Source of the DNA: Nematocida ausubeli
Taxonomy: Eukaryota
Direction: 5' to 3'
Assembly: GCF_000738915.1 (NCBI RefSeq)
Contig: NW_026515634.1
Location: forward strand, 475,156-539,155
Length of the DNA: 64,000 nucleotides
Under the pieces are notes generated by a model. The model saw only the letters and a program-made list of their open reading frames with translations, ran no database searches and was not told the origin of the DNA. The translations under genes and the position numbers were made by a program. This document shows positions 51,654-61,573 of the stretch, piece after piece (position 1 is the first letter of the stretch; each line of letters begins with the position of its first letter).

Positions 51654-52691
51654 TTATTCAATTCTTAATAGAGCATCTTCGAATGACCCGGCTGACAGAT
51701 CTCCATCCTCATTCGCATATGTGTAGATGTTGACTGTGTCACTTGGTATACTTACAGTGACTGTGTCTACTCCTGCTGCCTTTCTCTCTACAATCTCACC
51801 ATTTTGCATGTCAAAAAGTGAAATAGTTTCATCCTGTGATGCAGAGACAATGTATCTGTCCATTGAAGCACATACGTTGTTTATTGCCTTTCCATGGATC
51901 TTAAAGCTTTTCTCTTTACTTTGGTTGATTGAGTATGTTATGGACCCATTTATTGTTCCAGCTGCAACTGAATTTCTATCGGATGAGATTGAAGTTATCT
52001 CTGAGTCTGCTGAGAACAGATTTATTTCTGCCTTATCTCTGGTATCTATCATATAAACAGATGAATTATCTGAGAAATAAACAAAAGAGTCCTTCATGGC
52101 AATTGCCTTCTGTTGTCTTTTATGTGTGAAAATATTCTTCTGTGTGTTTATATCCCACAGCTTAATTTCCTCTGAGGAATTTGTCAGAATATTCACAGTG
52201 TCTGCTGCAATACTGTTTATTCTTCCTTCGTGTGCTACTATAACACCGTCTGGGAGGAAGTGATTTGTCACAAATATTCTGTATATTGCGATAGTTCCAT
52301 CCTCACTTGCTACAAATGAAAGTGGTTCTTCATTTCTGTCACTCACTGCTAGACCAGTTGGGACTCCATGCAGGAAGACATCGTGGTGTACATAAAATGC
52401 ATCTGTCTCCTTGTCTAGCACGTATGTGTCTAGTCTTGGCTCATTGTCTTCTGAAATTAGTGCAACAGCAATTCTGTCTGTCTCTTTTATCTCGTTGTCT
52501 TCTACCTCTTCACTGCTTATGTCATCTTCCTCACAAGATCCATCGGCAACTGCTGCCACTTCATCGTATAATTCCTGTGGCTCCTTCATGTAGTAATGTG
52601 CATAGTGGTCAAATGCCTCTCTGGTTGGTTTATATTTAATTGGCACCTCGCACTTCTTCTGTGCTGTCAGTATGCAGGATTGAATAATCAT
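51654..52691 (-). CDS. PWP1: WD40 ribosome-biogenesis protein Pwp1
   Basis: IKETD...SED.E.RLD.YV...FYVHHDVFL is the Pwp1 signature; WD repeats follow. Confidence 0.8.
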   Translation of the reverse strand: MIIQSCILTAQKKCEVPIKYKPTREAFDHYAHYYMKEPQELYDEVAAVADGSCEEDDISSEEVEDNEIKETDRIAVALISEDNEPRLDTYVLDKETDAFYVHHDVFLHGVPTGLAVSDRNEEPLSFVASEDGTIAIYRIFVTNHFLPDGVIVAHEGRINSIAADTVNILTNSSEEIKLWDINTQKNIFTHKRQQKAIAMKDSFVYFSDNSSVYMIDTRDKAEINLFSADSEITSISSDRNSVAAGTINGSITYSINQSKEKSFKIHGKAINNVCASMDRYIVSASQDETISLFDMQNGEIVERKAAGVDTVTVSIPSDTVNIYTYANEDGDLSAGSFEDALLRIE

Positions 52692-53136
52692 AAAAAATAT
52701 CGCAGAAAAATAAACTTAAGTAACGACATAACGACAACCTGCATCTCCATGAACTTCCACCAGATCCAAGTATACTTAGTCCTTTAGTCCATCTAGGCGT
52801 ATTTATCTACTGTATATACGTATTTTAGTCTAAGCATGTGTACTTAGTATACTATACTTATAAAGCAGCTACATTCCACTGTCCTATAGACAAAATATAC
52901 TGAATTTTCACTAGTCTTAGAATATGCATATATTCACTGTCTATTTCAATTATTGTCTATTCCATAGAATATTCTAGTATTATTTACTCTTATACTCTAT
53001 ATGGTTATTTCCATATTCTTAATTATATTTCACTCAGATTTATTTATGCACAGTATCCCAGGAGAAAGTGACTTTTCAGAAATAGGTTAGTACTCTATAA
53101 CGAACAAAGTATATCAAGGGAATTTCATTCTGATAA

Positions 53137-53295
53137 TTTTGTGAATTTCTGGCTTCTGCAGTGCAAATTCTCTAGTATATTTTCTCTAGTGTATTTTTGT
53201 GAATTTTTGTATTCTGCAGTGAAATATTTCTAGTGCAAATTCTCTCTAGTGTATTTTTGTGAATTTTTGTCTGCTGCAGTGAAATATTTCTAGTG
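53137..53295. repeat. Approximately 60-bp minisatellite, about 2.7 copies
   Basis: TTTTGTGAATTT..CTGCAGTG..CTAGT recurs at 53137, 53195 and 53255. Confidence 0.85.
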
Positions 53296-53384
53296 AAGGG
53301 TAGAGTAAAGAATATTAAATTGATTATTTTAACTGAATAAATAACTGTACATAAAAGGGAAATTATTAAAAACTAACTATAACC

Positions 53385-53430
53385 TGACTTCTTAAACATA
53401 AATACACCTTGACTTCTTAAACAGAAATAC
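53385..53430. repeat. 25-bp-period direct repeat TGACTTCTTAAACA(t/g)AAATAC x2
   Basis: Copies at 53385 and 53410. Confidence 0.8.
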
Positions 53431-53611
53431 TTCTTTATTTAGTCACCTTATAATTAACTAATCACCAGACGCACTTAGCCTACATATAGATAGAAATATA
53501 CTCAAGTATAAATTGACTTTCTTCAAGAATATTTATACTAAGATATGACTAAGATATAACCCGATACACTAAGATATACTAAGACACACCTTTATTAATA
53601 TTAATGTGTAC

Positions 53612-56600
53612 TTATTCCTTTGTATAAGGTATCTTTTGCTTGTGCTCCAGGAGTTGCGTATATCTGCCTTGAACTTCTTCAATTTCTTTCTGTAGTTCTA
53701 TGCGTATGTAGTACACGGGACAGTCTCTGTTGCTGCAGACAATTGGAGAGTGCCTTGCATTCTGCATTTCCTGGCACTCTCGCATAACCAGGTGATATGC
53801 GCATTGTAGTCCACATAATTTCTGGTATGTCTCCAGTATCACTGCAGGATATGATTTATCACAGACTTTGCAGACTGGATAGTCACCTGCCTTGCAAATG
53901 ACGCACGTCTTCTTTTTCTTAAAGAATGCGCCTATGCCCTTTGGCATTTCCCTCACTGCCATGCCTGCCCCCACTGTGTAGTTGTCAGGTGGTGCCAGGA
54001 TACTCAGAATATCCTTTATCACATAGGAGAGAAGTCTCTCTAGTGGCTTTGTAATTTGATTCTTCAGGTAATAGAGAGTGTCAATTGGGAGATTATTATT
54101 CAGGGCGTAGACTGGGTCTTCACTTCTTTCATGCAATGGGCCCTTTCCTGTGATGATAACGTAAGGCACTCTGTCACCCAGTCCTGGTCCTGTTCCTTCT
54201 CTCTTTTTCATTCTCTCTGCGAGTGCCACATGCGCAAGTGAAACTGCATAGTCACCTCCTTGCTTTGTGATTGACTTTGTAATAATTAACTGACTAATTC
54301 CTATCCTATTACTCAGTAGTTCCTTCACTCTGTCCTTGATGAGTGCTCGTGTGCCTTCTACGTCTCCCTCCAGGAATACCTTATTTATGCACTCCTTCAT
54401 TAAATCTCTTACAAGAAGACAGTTATCTCTTCTGACTGTTTCAATTCCCTTTGTATCAATGCGTCCTTTATCTGATGGTGATGTCTTTGTGCATCCTGCG
54501 TATCTTTTCTTGTTTATCAGGACAAATGGGTGATAAACCTTCTCAAACTCCAGGGTCAGTGGGTTTGGGAGCCTAGTGGAGACGAACTTTGATATTTCAT
54601 CTCCTACCTGGAATGCTTGTTCTAGTGTGAGACCTGGCTGTGTCACCATGACTGAGTCTGTGTCTCCGTATGCAACAAATAAGTTCCAGGTTCTTCTGTT
54701 ACCTTCTTTTTGACTGTTGTTATTTTCTTGTTGATCTGATCCTTCTGTCTTCTCTCCTTTGTTATATTCATTTTCAACTAACTCTTTTGTTTTCTTAAGA
54801 ATTTCTCTTCCAAAGCCAGTCACACTCCTTGAGATTGGTATGCATGGAAGACCTGTTCTTGCTGCGCCTGTGAATCCGTAGACTGAGTTAGCGGATACTT
54901 TCAGGGCAAGTTGCCTTGCATTCAAAGACGCCTTTAACTCTGGGTCTTTGATATTTTTAAGCTCTGCCCGGACGGCCTTTCTTCCTTCCAGTAGTCCAGT
55001 CAGAATGACCGGCAAGATCCCTGGTTTTTTCTCTTTCCGCAAGAAGCAGTCACCAGTTGGAGACTCAGTGTACTCGCTCTTGTCCATTTTAGAGGCCTGC
55101 TCTTTGCTTAAAAGCGTTGTATAACACATATTATATGCCATGATAATTGACGGATACAAAGATGCATAATCCAGCACTACGACTGGGTTACTGTAGAATC
55201 CTTTGTTTGGCTCCATTACATAACCGCCTTCATATGTTTCACTTTGTCCTATTACAACGGGCAAAATATAGTTGTACGCCTTTGCCTGTCTAAGCAGCTG
55301 CGAGAGGACTCGGATACCTTGCCCCCGGTTCACCAAATACTCAAATGGCACACCCGTCACTCTTGCAAGTTCGCAGTAATTAATGAACAGATTTTTTGTG
55401 TACATTATCCTAATAGGAAGATAAGTGTCTTTAAGGCAGTAGACACCAAGTCTCTTTCTTGTTTCATCTGTTCCATTGTAAAGGGCCAGTATCTGGGTGT
55501 AATGAACATCTTCTTTTTGTTCACCCAAAAATACAGAACTAACTGAATTAAGAGAATAGCTGTGCAGATTGAACTCTTTCTTCACAATATCCAGCATATC
55601 AAAGACAATCCGTCCTGGTACCACTAGTGTAGCAGGTGCAGTAAATCCACCACTAGAACCATTCTTATCATCACCCTCTTTTCCATTATTATTACCGTTA
55701 TTGCTACCGTTATTATTTCCACCGTTATTATTTCCGTTATTATTTGTCTGCGGTAGTTTATTCATGTGCACTGGTTCTTTTGTTCTGGAGAAGTACTTGA
55801 AGTCTGGCAGCCCTAGGATGCTTGCTCTGTCAAGCAAATACGGCATATCAAACTGCGTAATATTATATCCTGTTAGAACATCTGGGTTCAATACAGAAAC
55901 CCATTGTGACCAGGCAGTCAGCATCTCTTTCTCATCATTAAATGAGAAGATGGATGCACCAGGTATTGGATTTGTTGTCTTAGTGCAGAAAAGCACTTTC
56001 TCTACTATTTCTGGGTTTGGGTACACTGCAACTGCATTTCCTATTTGCACCACAGGATCTCTCGTTGGAATTGGGAATTTATTATTCTCTCCTATGCACT
56101 CTATGTCTAGACTGAGTATTTTAATTGGAGGAAGTTTGTCGATTGTCTTAATTGGAAATATTCTAGTGCTCTCTACTGTCAGGAATGTCTTTCCATTCTT
56201 CACTTCCCTTTTTGTTGGGAATACATTTACGTATCCCATTCCGACAATCTCTTTGTCCACCATAAACCGTATGATGTACCCTATATTCACTTCAAATGTA
56301 ATTCTACTATTCTTATTTTCATCCATTCTGCTGAAGTATTCTACTACAGCAGTACTAACAGAGACAATCTTCTTTGGGTCTCTTATGCAGATCTGGTAGA
56401 ATTCTTCTTCTCCCTCTGCGTATCCGTATATATTTGTCTTTGTTACCACATTGACCTTCACTATCTCCTTGTGTACTGCTTCGATTCTGGCTGAATCTAT
56501 GGATTCCCCTGGCACTCTACTGATATAGAAGTAGTGGTAGTGCCCTGATACTGTACATTCAATCTCTTCTCCTGTCTGTGTCTTTCCCTGCAGGCAGACC

Positions 56601-56671
56601 AGTGGCCCTGCATCTTCCACTGTGTAGTAAATGTGCAAAGGCAGAAATGTAACACTCGCCAACTCATTCAT
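53612..56671 (-). CDS. POL3: DNA polymerase delta catalytic subunit
   Basis: Exonuclease SLDIEC, GYNI..FD; LDYASLYPSIIMAYN, KVSANSVYGFTG, YGDTDS; C-terminal Cys region. Start taken at MNELAS. Confidence 0.97.
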   Translation of the reverse strand: MNELASVTFLPLHIYYTVEDAGPLVCLQGKTQTGEEIECTVSGHYHYFYISRVPGESIDSARIEAVHKEIVKVNVVTKTNIYGYAEGEEEFYQICIRDPKKIVSVSTAVVEYFSRMDENKNSRITFEVNIGYIIRFMVDKEIVGMGYVNVFPTKREVKNGKTFLTVESTRIFPIKTIDKLPPIKILSLDIECIGENNKFPIPTRDPVVQIGNAVAVYPNPEIVEKVLFCTKTTNPIPGASIFSFNDEKEMLTAWSQWVSVLNPDVLTGYNITQFDMPYLLDRASILGLPDFKYFSRTKEPVHMNKLPQTNNNGNNNGGNNNGSNNGNNNGKEGDDKNGSSGGFTAPATLVVPGRIVFDMLDIVKKEFNLHSYSLNSVSSVFLGEQKEDVHYTQILALYNGTDETRKRLGVYCLKDTYLPIRIMYTKNLFINYCELARVTGVPFEYLVNRGQGIRVLSQLLRQAKAYNYILPVVIGQSETYEGGYVMEPNKGFYSNPVVVLDYASLYPSIIMAYNMCYTTLLSKEQASKMDKSEYTESPTGDCFLRKEKKPGILPVILTGLLEGRKAVRAELKNIKDPELKASLNARQLALKVSANSVYGFTGAARTGLPCIPISRSVTGFGREILKKTKELVENEYNKGEKTEGSDQQENNNSQKEGNRRTWNLFVAYGDTDSVMVTQPGLTLEQAFQVGDEISKFVSTRLPNPLTLEFEKVYHPFVLINKKRYAGCTKTSPSDKGRIDTKGIETVRRDNCLLVRDLMKECINKVFLEGDVEGTRALIKDRVKELLSNRIGISQLIITKSITKQGGDYAVSLAHVALAERMKKREGTGPGLGDRVPYVIITGKGPLHERSEDPVYALNNNLPIDTLYYLKNQITKPLERLLSYVIKDILSILAPPDNYTVGAGMAVREMPKGIGAFFKKKKTCVICKAGDYPVCKVCDKSYPAVILETYQKLCGLQCAYHLVMRECQEMQNARHSPIVCSNRDCPVYYIRIELQKEIEEVQGRYTQLLEHKQKIPYTKE

Positions 56672-56801
56672 GGCAGCTAAAAAAGATAAAATTAAAATAC
56701 TTTGCAGACTGGATAGTCTCCTGTATGGATTACGCACTGAGAGACTCTTTCTTCTGGTGTCCTGTGGGTGAAGAATATGTTAAAATAGTGGTTTATTGAA
56801 G

Positions 56802-57530
56802 TTATTCCTGTACTGGCTCCTCAGCAGATGGCTTGTCTTCCCAGTCAACCTCGCTCTCTCTTTCCTCTTCCTTCATTTTTTCCTTCTCAGCCATTCCTGC
56901 TTCTATCTCTGCAGGGTCTCTGTAGAAGTATGAGTCGACAAGAAGTCTAATTTCGCTGGTCATGTCAATGTCACCCTGCATGTATCTGACAAGTTGCCCA
57001 AGAATGAAGAATATGGCACCAATTGAAGTGGCAGATCTGTTGTTGCATGGGATGATGCAGTCAATTAGGTCTACGTCATTGTCGGTGTTAGCCAAAGAGA
57101 TGCATGGCACATTGATGAATGAGGCCTCAGTAATAGTCTGTTTGTCAGTGAATGGATCTACAGTGACAATTAGCCTGGGCTCAGTAATTCCCTTGATGGA
57201 AGACTTGTTGGTGAATGTTCCTGGCACAAAAGCAGTGGTTATGTGGGTGGCTCCAACGGCTCTTGCAAATATTCCTGCTGGCTTGTATCCAAACTTCTTG
57301 TTGCTCACTACAACAATGTCCTTTCTGTTTTTGTAGCTAACTATCATCTGTGCGGCAAGAACAAGCTTGTCCCAAGTCTTCTGTAGGTTGAAGACATAGA
57401 CCTTGTCCTGTCGTCTTCCGTATGTGTAATCCTTCATCTTGTGGTTTAAACTCTGTCCTCCTAGGTGGCATGTGGCTGTAATCAGCAGTTTTGAATAGTC
57501 TGTTGGTATTGGTATTCTGGCTGCACACAT
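56802..57530 (-). CDS. RPS0: 40S ribosomal protein S0/SA (uS2)
   Basis: CHLGG, KTWDKLVLAA, FVPGTFTN, EPRL..TVDP, EASFINVP, IPCNNR, YFYRDP. Confidence 0.96.
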   Translation of the reverse strand: MCAARIPIPTDYSKLLITATCHLGGQSLNHKMKDYTYGRRQDKVYVFNLQKTWDKLVLAAQMIVSYKNRKDIVVVSNKKFGYKPAGIFARAVGATHITTAFVPGTFTNKSSIKGITEPRLIVTVDPFTDKQTITEASFINVPCISLANTDNDVDLIDCIIPCNNRSATSIGAIFFILGQLVRYMQGDIDMTSEIRLLVDSYFYRDPAEIEAGMAEKEKMKEEERESEVDWEDKPSAEEPVQE

Positions 57531-57582
57531 TTAATAAGTCCAGGGGATAATAAAAAATAGAAGAAAAACAGAAAAGAATAAA

Positions 57583-58686
57583 ATGGGACAAGCCAAAGAA
57601 AAAGAAAATATTCCATACGGGGAGAAGAATAATGAATATACTGGGATGACAATAGATGAGAAAAGTGAGTATCTTGAGGGGAAACTTGACATTCTTAAAA
57701 GAAACACTGCAGAGAAAGAAAGAAGATGGGCCAGAGAGTGCGAAGAAATAAAGAAAGAGAGAATTGAAATGGGAAGTAGAATAGAAGAGATGAAAAAAGA
57801 AATAAAAAGACTAAAAGAAGAACTAAGAGAGGAGAAGGCAGAGACAAAAATGATAAAAAGAATAAAGAGTGAAAGTGCATTAGTGCCTGGGTATACGCAG
57901 TCCACTCAGTGCAGTACTGCAATTCCCACTCAAATTACAGTGGAGAATTCCTGCTCTATTAAGAATCTGAATGGAAATACTGCCATGAAACAGACAATAT
58001 TATCAAAACCAAAGGAAGTCCATGCTTTGTCTACTGGAGATGCAGCCCAGACTGCCTTGCCTATTGAATGGATTCTGTCACATCTTAAGGGTGAAATTCT
58101 ATTTAGTCTCACTGACTTATCATCAAGTAAATTGAAGGTCTTTGGGAGGTTTTTTAAGAGAGAGTTTGACTCGCTCTATAACAGAAAGGAAGTGCTTGCT
58201 GGGATTGAAGGGAGTCAAAGCACAAAACACTTGATCAAGTGCCTTTTGTATCTGTCAGACCGCCCTGAGATTATATCCAGCTGCATGCCGTACGTGTTCA
58301 TGAAGCATATTGTTCCTGATGGAAAACTGTACATAAAGGATATTGTTAGGATTCTGTACAAGGTAGGAGTGGCACCTTTCCTGCAAAGTGCAAACACGAT
58401 TGATGACATCAAAAGATTCTTTAATGAGTGCCGGGAGTCAGAAGAACTTCTTTCCCTTGTAGAGGCACTGGCACAAAAGAGTCCCCGTGGCATTGCCAGA
58501 CTTATTTCTGAAGAATATTTGGTGTACGCATGCAGCACACACCCAGAGAGAGCCCGCAGATTGATTGGGCTATTGGAAGGGTGTGGCGTGAATTCTGCAT
58601 CATCTGAGGCAATTATTGCTCTGTACACATCTTCAGATCTCTCCCAGTACGACTCTCAAAACAAAGAGTATACGTTCTTCCTGTAA
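57583..58686 (+). CDS. Coiled-coil plus helical protein (possible ATRIP/Ddc2/Rad26)
   Basis: N-terminal coiled coil LEGKLDILKRN...EIKRLKEELREEKAE followed by a helical domain. The family call is tentative. Confidence 0.7.
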   Translation: MGQAKEKENIPYGEKNNEYTGMTIDEKSEYLEGKLDILKRNTAEKERRWARECEEIKKERIEMGSRIEEMKKEIKRLKEELREEKAETKMIKRIKSESALVPGYTQSTQCSTAIPTQITVENSCSIKNLNGNTAMKQTILSKPKEVHALSTGDAAQTALPIEWILSHLKGEILFSLTDLSSSKLKVFGRFFKREFDSLYNRKEVLAGIEGSQSTKHLIKCLLYLSDRPEIISSCMPYVFMKHIVPDGKLYIKDIVRILYKVGVAPFLQSANTIDDIKRFFNECRESEELLSLVEALAQKSPRGIARLISEEYLVYACSTHPERARRLIGLLEGCGVNSASSEAIIALYTSSDLSQYDSQNKEYTFFL

Positions 58687-58799
58687 TAAACACTAGATAT
58701 ATACATATTTATGCTGTATACATAATATTATTAATATATCCGTAGTAACAGGAGTACTTGTACTCTTATGAATTGTAAATATTTTTCCATTCTCTCTAT

Positions 58800-59090
58800 G
58801 GATTTATAATAGAATTTATAGAAGAATGTATAATAGAATATATAATAGTAGAATAGATAATAGAATTTATAACAGGATAGATAATAGAATGTATAGAAGA
58901 ATTATAATAGAATGGAAATATGCTATTTTTCTTGAATAATATTTCTGTCTATTCTCTTGCCTAATACGTCTGTATATTCTTACACATTAAGTCTGTATAT
59001 TCTCTTGAATACTAATTATGTATATTCTCTTGCATATTAATTATGTATATTCTTGCCTAATATGTCTGTATATGTCTATATATTTCTTGT
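58800..59090. repeat. Low-complexity arrays: ATAATAGA(A/T)-type followed by TATATTCT-type units
   Basis: Read directly. The two halves are approximately reverse-complementary in motif. Confidence 0.7.
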
Positions 59091-59213
59091 CACTATTGCG
59101 CATTTTCTGCTGTCAAAATCAGCTGCAATATAAAAATAGTTTAAAAGCCTTCTTATTCCTAAAAGATCTGAAGAGATTTATATTTTTATTATAGAGAATA
59201 AAATCTCCATTTA

Positions 59214-61520
59214 TTACTTCAGATACTTCTCAGCAAAGTCCTTATAGTATCGCTGTGACTTTGGAGTAATACTTCTATTGCTCATCTTGAGCCAGAAGAG
59301 GGCCTGGAATGGAGTGGTAATTCCTATGAAGTCCTTTGGATTTATTCCTTCTTTGATGTGTTTATAGTGCTTCTCATCTGTTAGAAGCTGAAACAGCCTA
59401 GAAGACACTTCTGCAATATTTCCCTTCTCTATGATATACCCATTCACGCCATCCCGTACCTGCAAAGGAAGCCCTCCTACGTTGTAGACGACAACAGGCA
59501 CCTGCTTCATCAGAGACTCTGTCACTTTCACTTCAAATCCTTCTGCTGTGCTGAGCTGGCATGCAACATATGCATTCCGCAGAATCACATTAAGCAGCTG
59601 GTCAACCGGAGGAAGAGAAATCTTTGTGATAAGATGCCTAATCTCCTGGAACTTCTCTGACTCAAGCCTCTTTGAAAGAGCATGAAAAATAACCACAGCC
59701 TCCGGGTCATCAACACTCCCGTGCCCACAAAACACCAGCCCAATGTCAAACTCTTTTTCTGGGAAGGCCTTCCTGTGCATGCAGAACAAGCCATAGTACG
59801 CATCAAGAAGATCATTAATGCCCTTTGATGGGTCAAACCTGGCAACCTGCACAATATATTTCCTGTTAAAGTCAACTGTGTTCTCGCCATTTCTTGTGCA
59901 TATGTCATTAAAAAGCCGTTGGTAGTATGTCTTTGCAAGAAGACCAAGTGGCTTATTCAGTCCATCAAGCTGATTTGTTCCAGCAGGCTGAAATATCACT
60001 TTATGCGCAGGAACATCTTTTGGGACTGTCTCTTCAAATGGATGACTTACAAAGTAATCTGCGTGCGTAAGACTCTCCCACAGAAATTGCCAAAGATTAT
60101 CCATTGCAGTGAGATTATTTGGATCTGTGCTCTTTCCTATAAGGTCAGTTCGTATCTGAATATGCGATCTGTAGATTATCAAGACATTTGGTGCATCTTT
60201 CTTTATGACTTTTGCAAGTCTAGAGACCTGATGATCATCTAGTACTACAACTGTACTCTCCTGAATTCTTTCCTTCCAGTGCTGGGTATAGTTTGATTCT
60301 ATCCACCCATCTATCTTTGCCTTGTCATCCTCACTTAACCATACACTTTCTTCACCTTCTTGTAAATTTGCCTCTAATTCGCCTTTTGTCTGTATGCTGT
60401 TATTGAATGCATTCTGCAAAACATTGTGCACCTTCATTTTTGTTATGTTAAAGACAGAAGTACTTGGAGTGCACACATGCCACGCCACATCAACATTGAT
60501 TATTTGCAGGTACCGAACCAAAGAATGCCTCATTAGAGCCACTCCGCCTCCTTGTGCTGTCGAGCTGAAAAATGTTATTTTTTGCTTCTCGTCTGCCATG
60601 GCTCTGGATTCTTTCAAAAGGTCAACCATGAACTCATAACTTTTTTCGCCTATGGATGGCCTGTAGTGCTCTACTGCGCAGTACCAAATGTACCCAGAGT
60701 CAACAACCACCTTATTGTGCTCTCCAATTGTGAGAACTGTCAGGTTATTATTTGGAAACAAAGACGCACATTTTCTTGCAAGGAACTCAGACTGACTCTT
60801 CAATGAAGCACAGTCACTTGGGAAGAAACAAGGCAGAATATCATACTTATTCCAAAGGATTGACTTTAGTTTGTCCCCTAGCTCACTTAAATTCAATATA
60901 TTTGATGCCACACCAAGTCCTACTATTTTCACTGCATTCTCTCTCGTGTACTCTCCCAGCCATTTGTCTAATGTGATTATCAAAATATTAATTAGACCAG
61001 AAGCCACTTCTCCCTTAAATATATCAATTGGAAGGTAGTCTTCTGGCATTTTGCACTCAATCACATCTTCACCTGCACGGATGATTGGAGGAGATCTAGA
61101 GGCAAACCTAGCACATCTAATTGGAATTGACTGTTCTGATATGGGCTCGTTAGTGTCTGCTGAACAGACTTCACAGTCCAAAGACTCTTCTTCCTCCAGT
61201 CCGTACTTTGGGGCACTGCGGGCACTTTTATCAATTACTGTGCTAAAGTATGCTGGTAGACTGATTTGTTTCTCAATGTTTATGTACAGACCTCTAATCT
61301 CATCCATCTCTAAGGCGTCATTTTTCTCTGGGAAGGGGGCTACCTGTGGAGATATCATGGGAGAGCGCATTCCTTCTGCTGTGCTATTAACTATCACGAA
61401 GGAATACGTCTTTTCTCCTAATGTGAATAGTCCATCATTTATTGAGATGGAAAGATCAAGAGATGGTTTTTTTGTATTGATTCCTAGAGATATCCCTAGA
61501 AAGATAGGTTTGTATACCAT
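59214..61520 (-). CDS. Fungal-type trehalose phosphorylase/synthase (GT4; TreT/Ccg-9-like)
   Basis: FFSSTAQGGGVALMRH, IYRSHIQIR, FVSHP, LDGLNK, QVARFDPSKG, GHGSVDDP, QLSTAEGFEVKVTE. Confidence 0.9.
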   Translation of the reverse strand: MVYKPIFLGISLGINTKKPSLDLSISINDGLFTLGEKTYSFVIVNSTAEGMRSPMISPQVAPFPEKNDALEMDEIRGLYINIEKQISLPAYFSTVIDKSARSAPKYGLEEEESLDCEVCSADTNEPISEQSIPIRCARFASRSPPIIRAGEDVIECKMPEDYLPIDIFKGEVASGLINILIITLDKWLGEYTRENAVKIVGLGVASNILNLSELGDKLKSILWNKYDILPCFFPSDCASLKSQSEFLARKCASLFPNNNLTVLTIGEHNKVVVDSGYIWYCAVEHYRPSIGEKSYEFMVDLLKESRAMADEKQKITFFSSTAQGGGVALMRHSLVRYLQIINVDVAWHVCTPSTSVFNITKMKVHNVLQNAFNNSIQTKGELEANLQEGEESVWLSEDDKAKIDGWIESNYTQHWKERIQESTVVVLDDHQVSRLAKVIKKDAPNVLIIYRSHIQIRTDLIGKSTDPNNLTAMDNLWQFLWESLTHADYFVSHPFEETVPKDVPAHKVIFQPAGTNQLDGLNKPLGLLAKTYYQRLFNDICTRNGENTVDFNRKYIVQVARFDPSKGINDLLDAYYGLFCMHRKAFPEKEFDIGLVFCGHGSVDDPEAVVIFHALSKRLESEKFQEIRHLITKISLPPVDQLLNVILRNAYVACQLSTAEGFEVKVTESLMKQVPVVVYNVGGLPLQVRDGVNGYIIEKGNIAEVSSRLFQLLTDEKHYKHIKEGINPKDFIGITTPFQALFWLKMSNRSITPKSQRYYKDFAEKYLK

Positions 61521-61573
61521 TTTACTTCAAATGTCTCCTTGTATTTATAAACAGAAACTCTCCAATTAAAAAC

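Noticed and set aside
45635..53430. Repeat arrays considered as CRISPR arrays or transposon ends
   Set aside because: No unique spacers, terminal inverted repeats, cas, transposase or reverse-transcriptase ORFs, and the context is eukaryotic.
24170..56671. Functional cluster of DNA-metabolism genes (MCM9, TOP2, MEC1, POL3)
   Set aside because: They are interspersed with unrelated genes, and such density is expected in a genome dominated by core functions.
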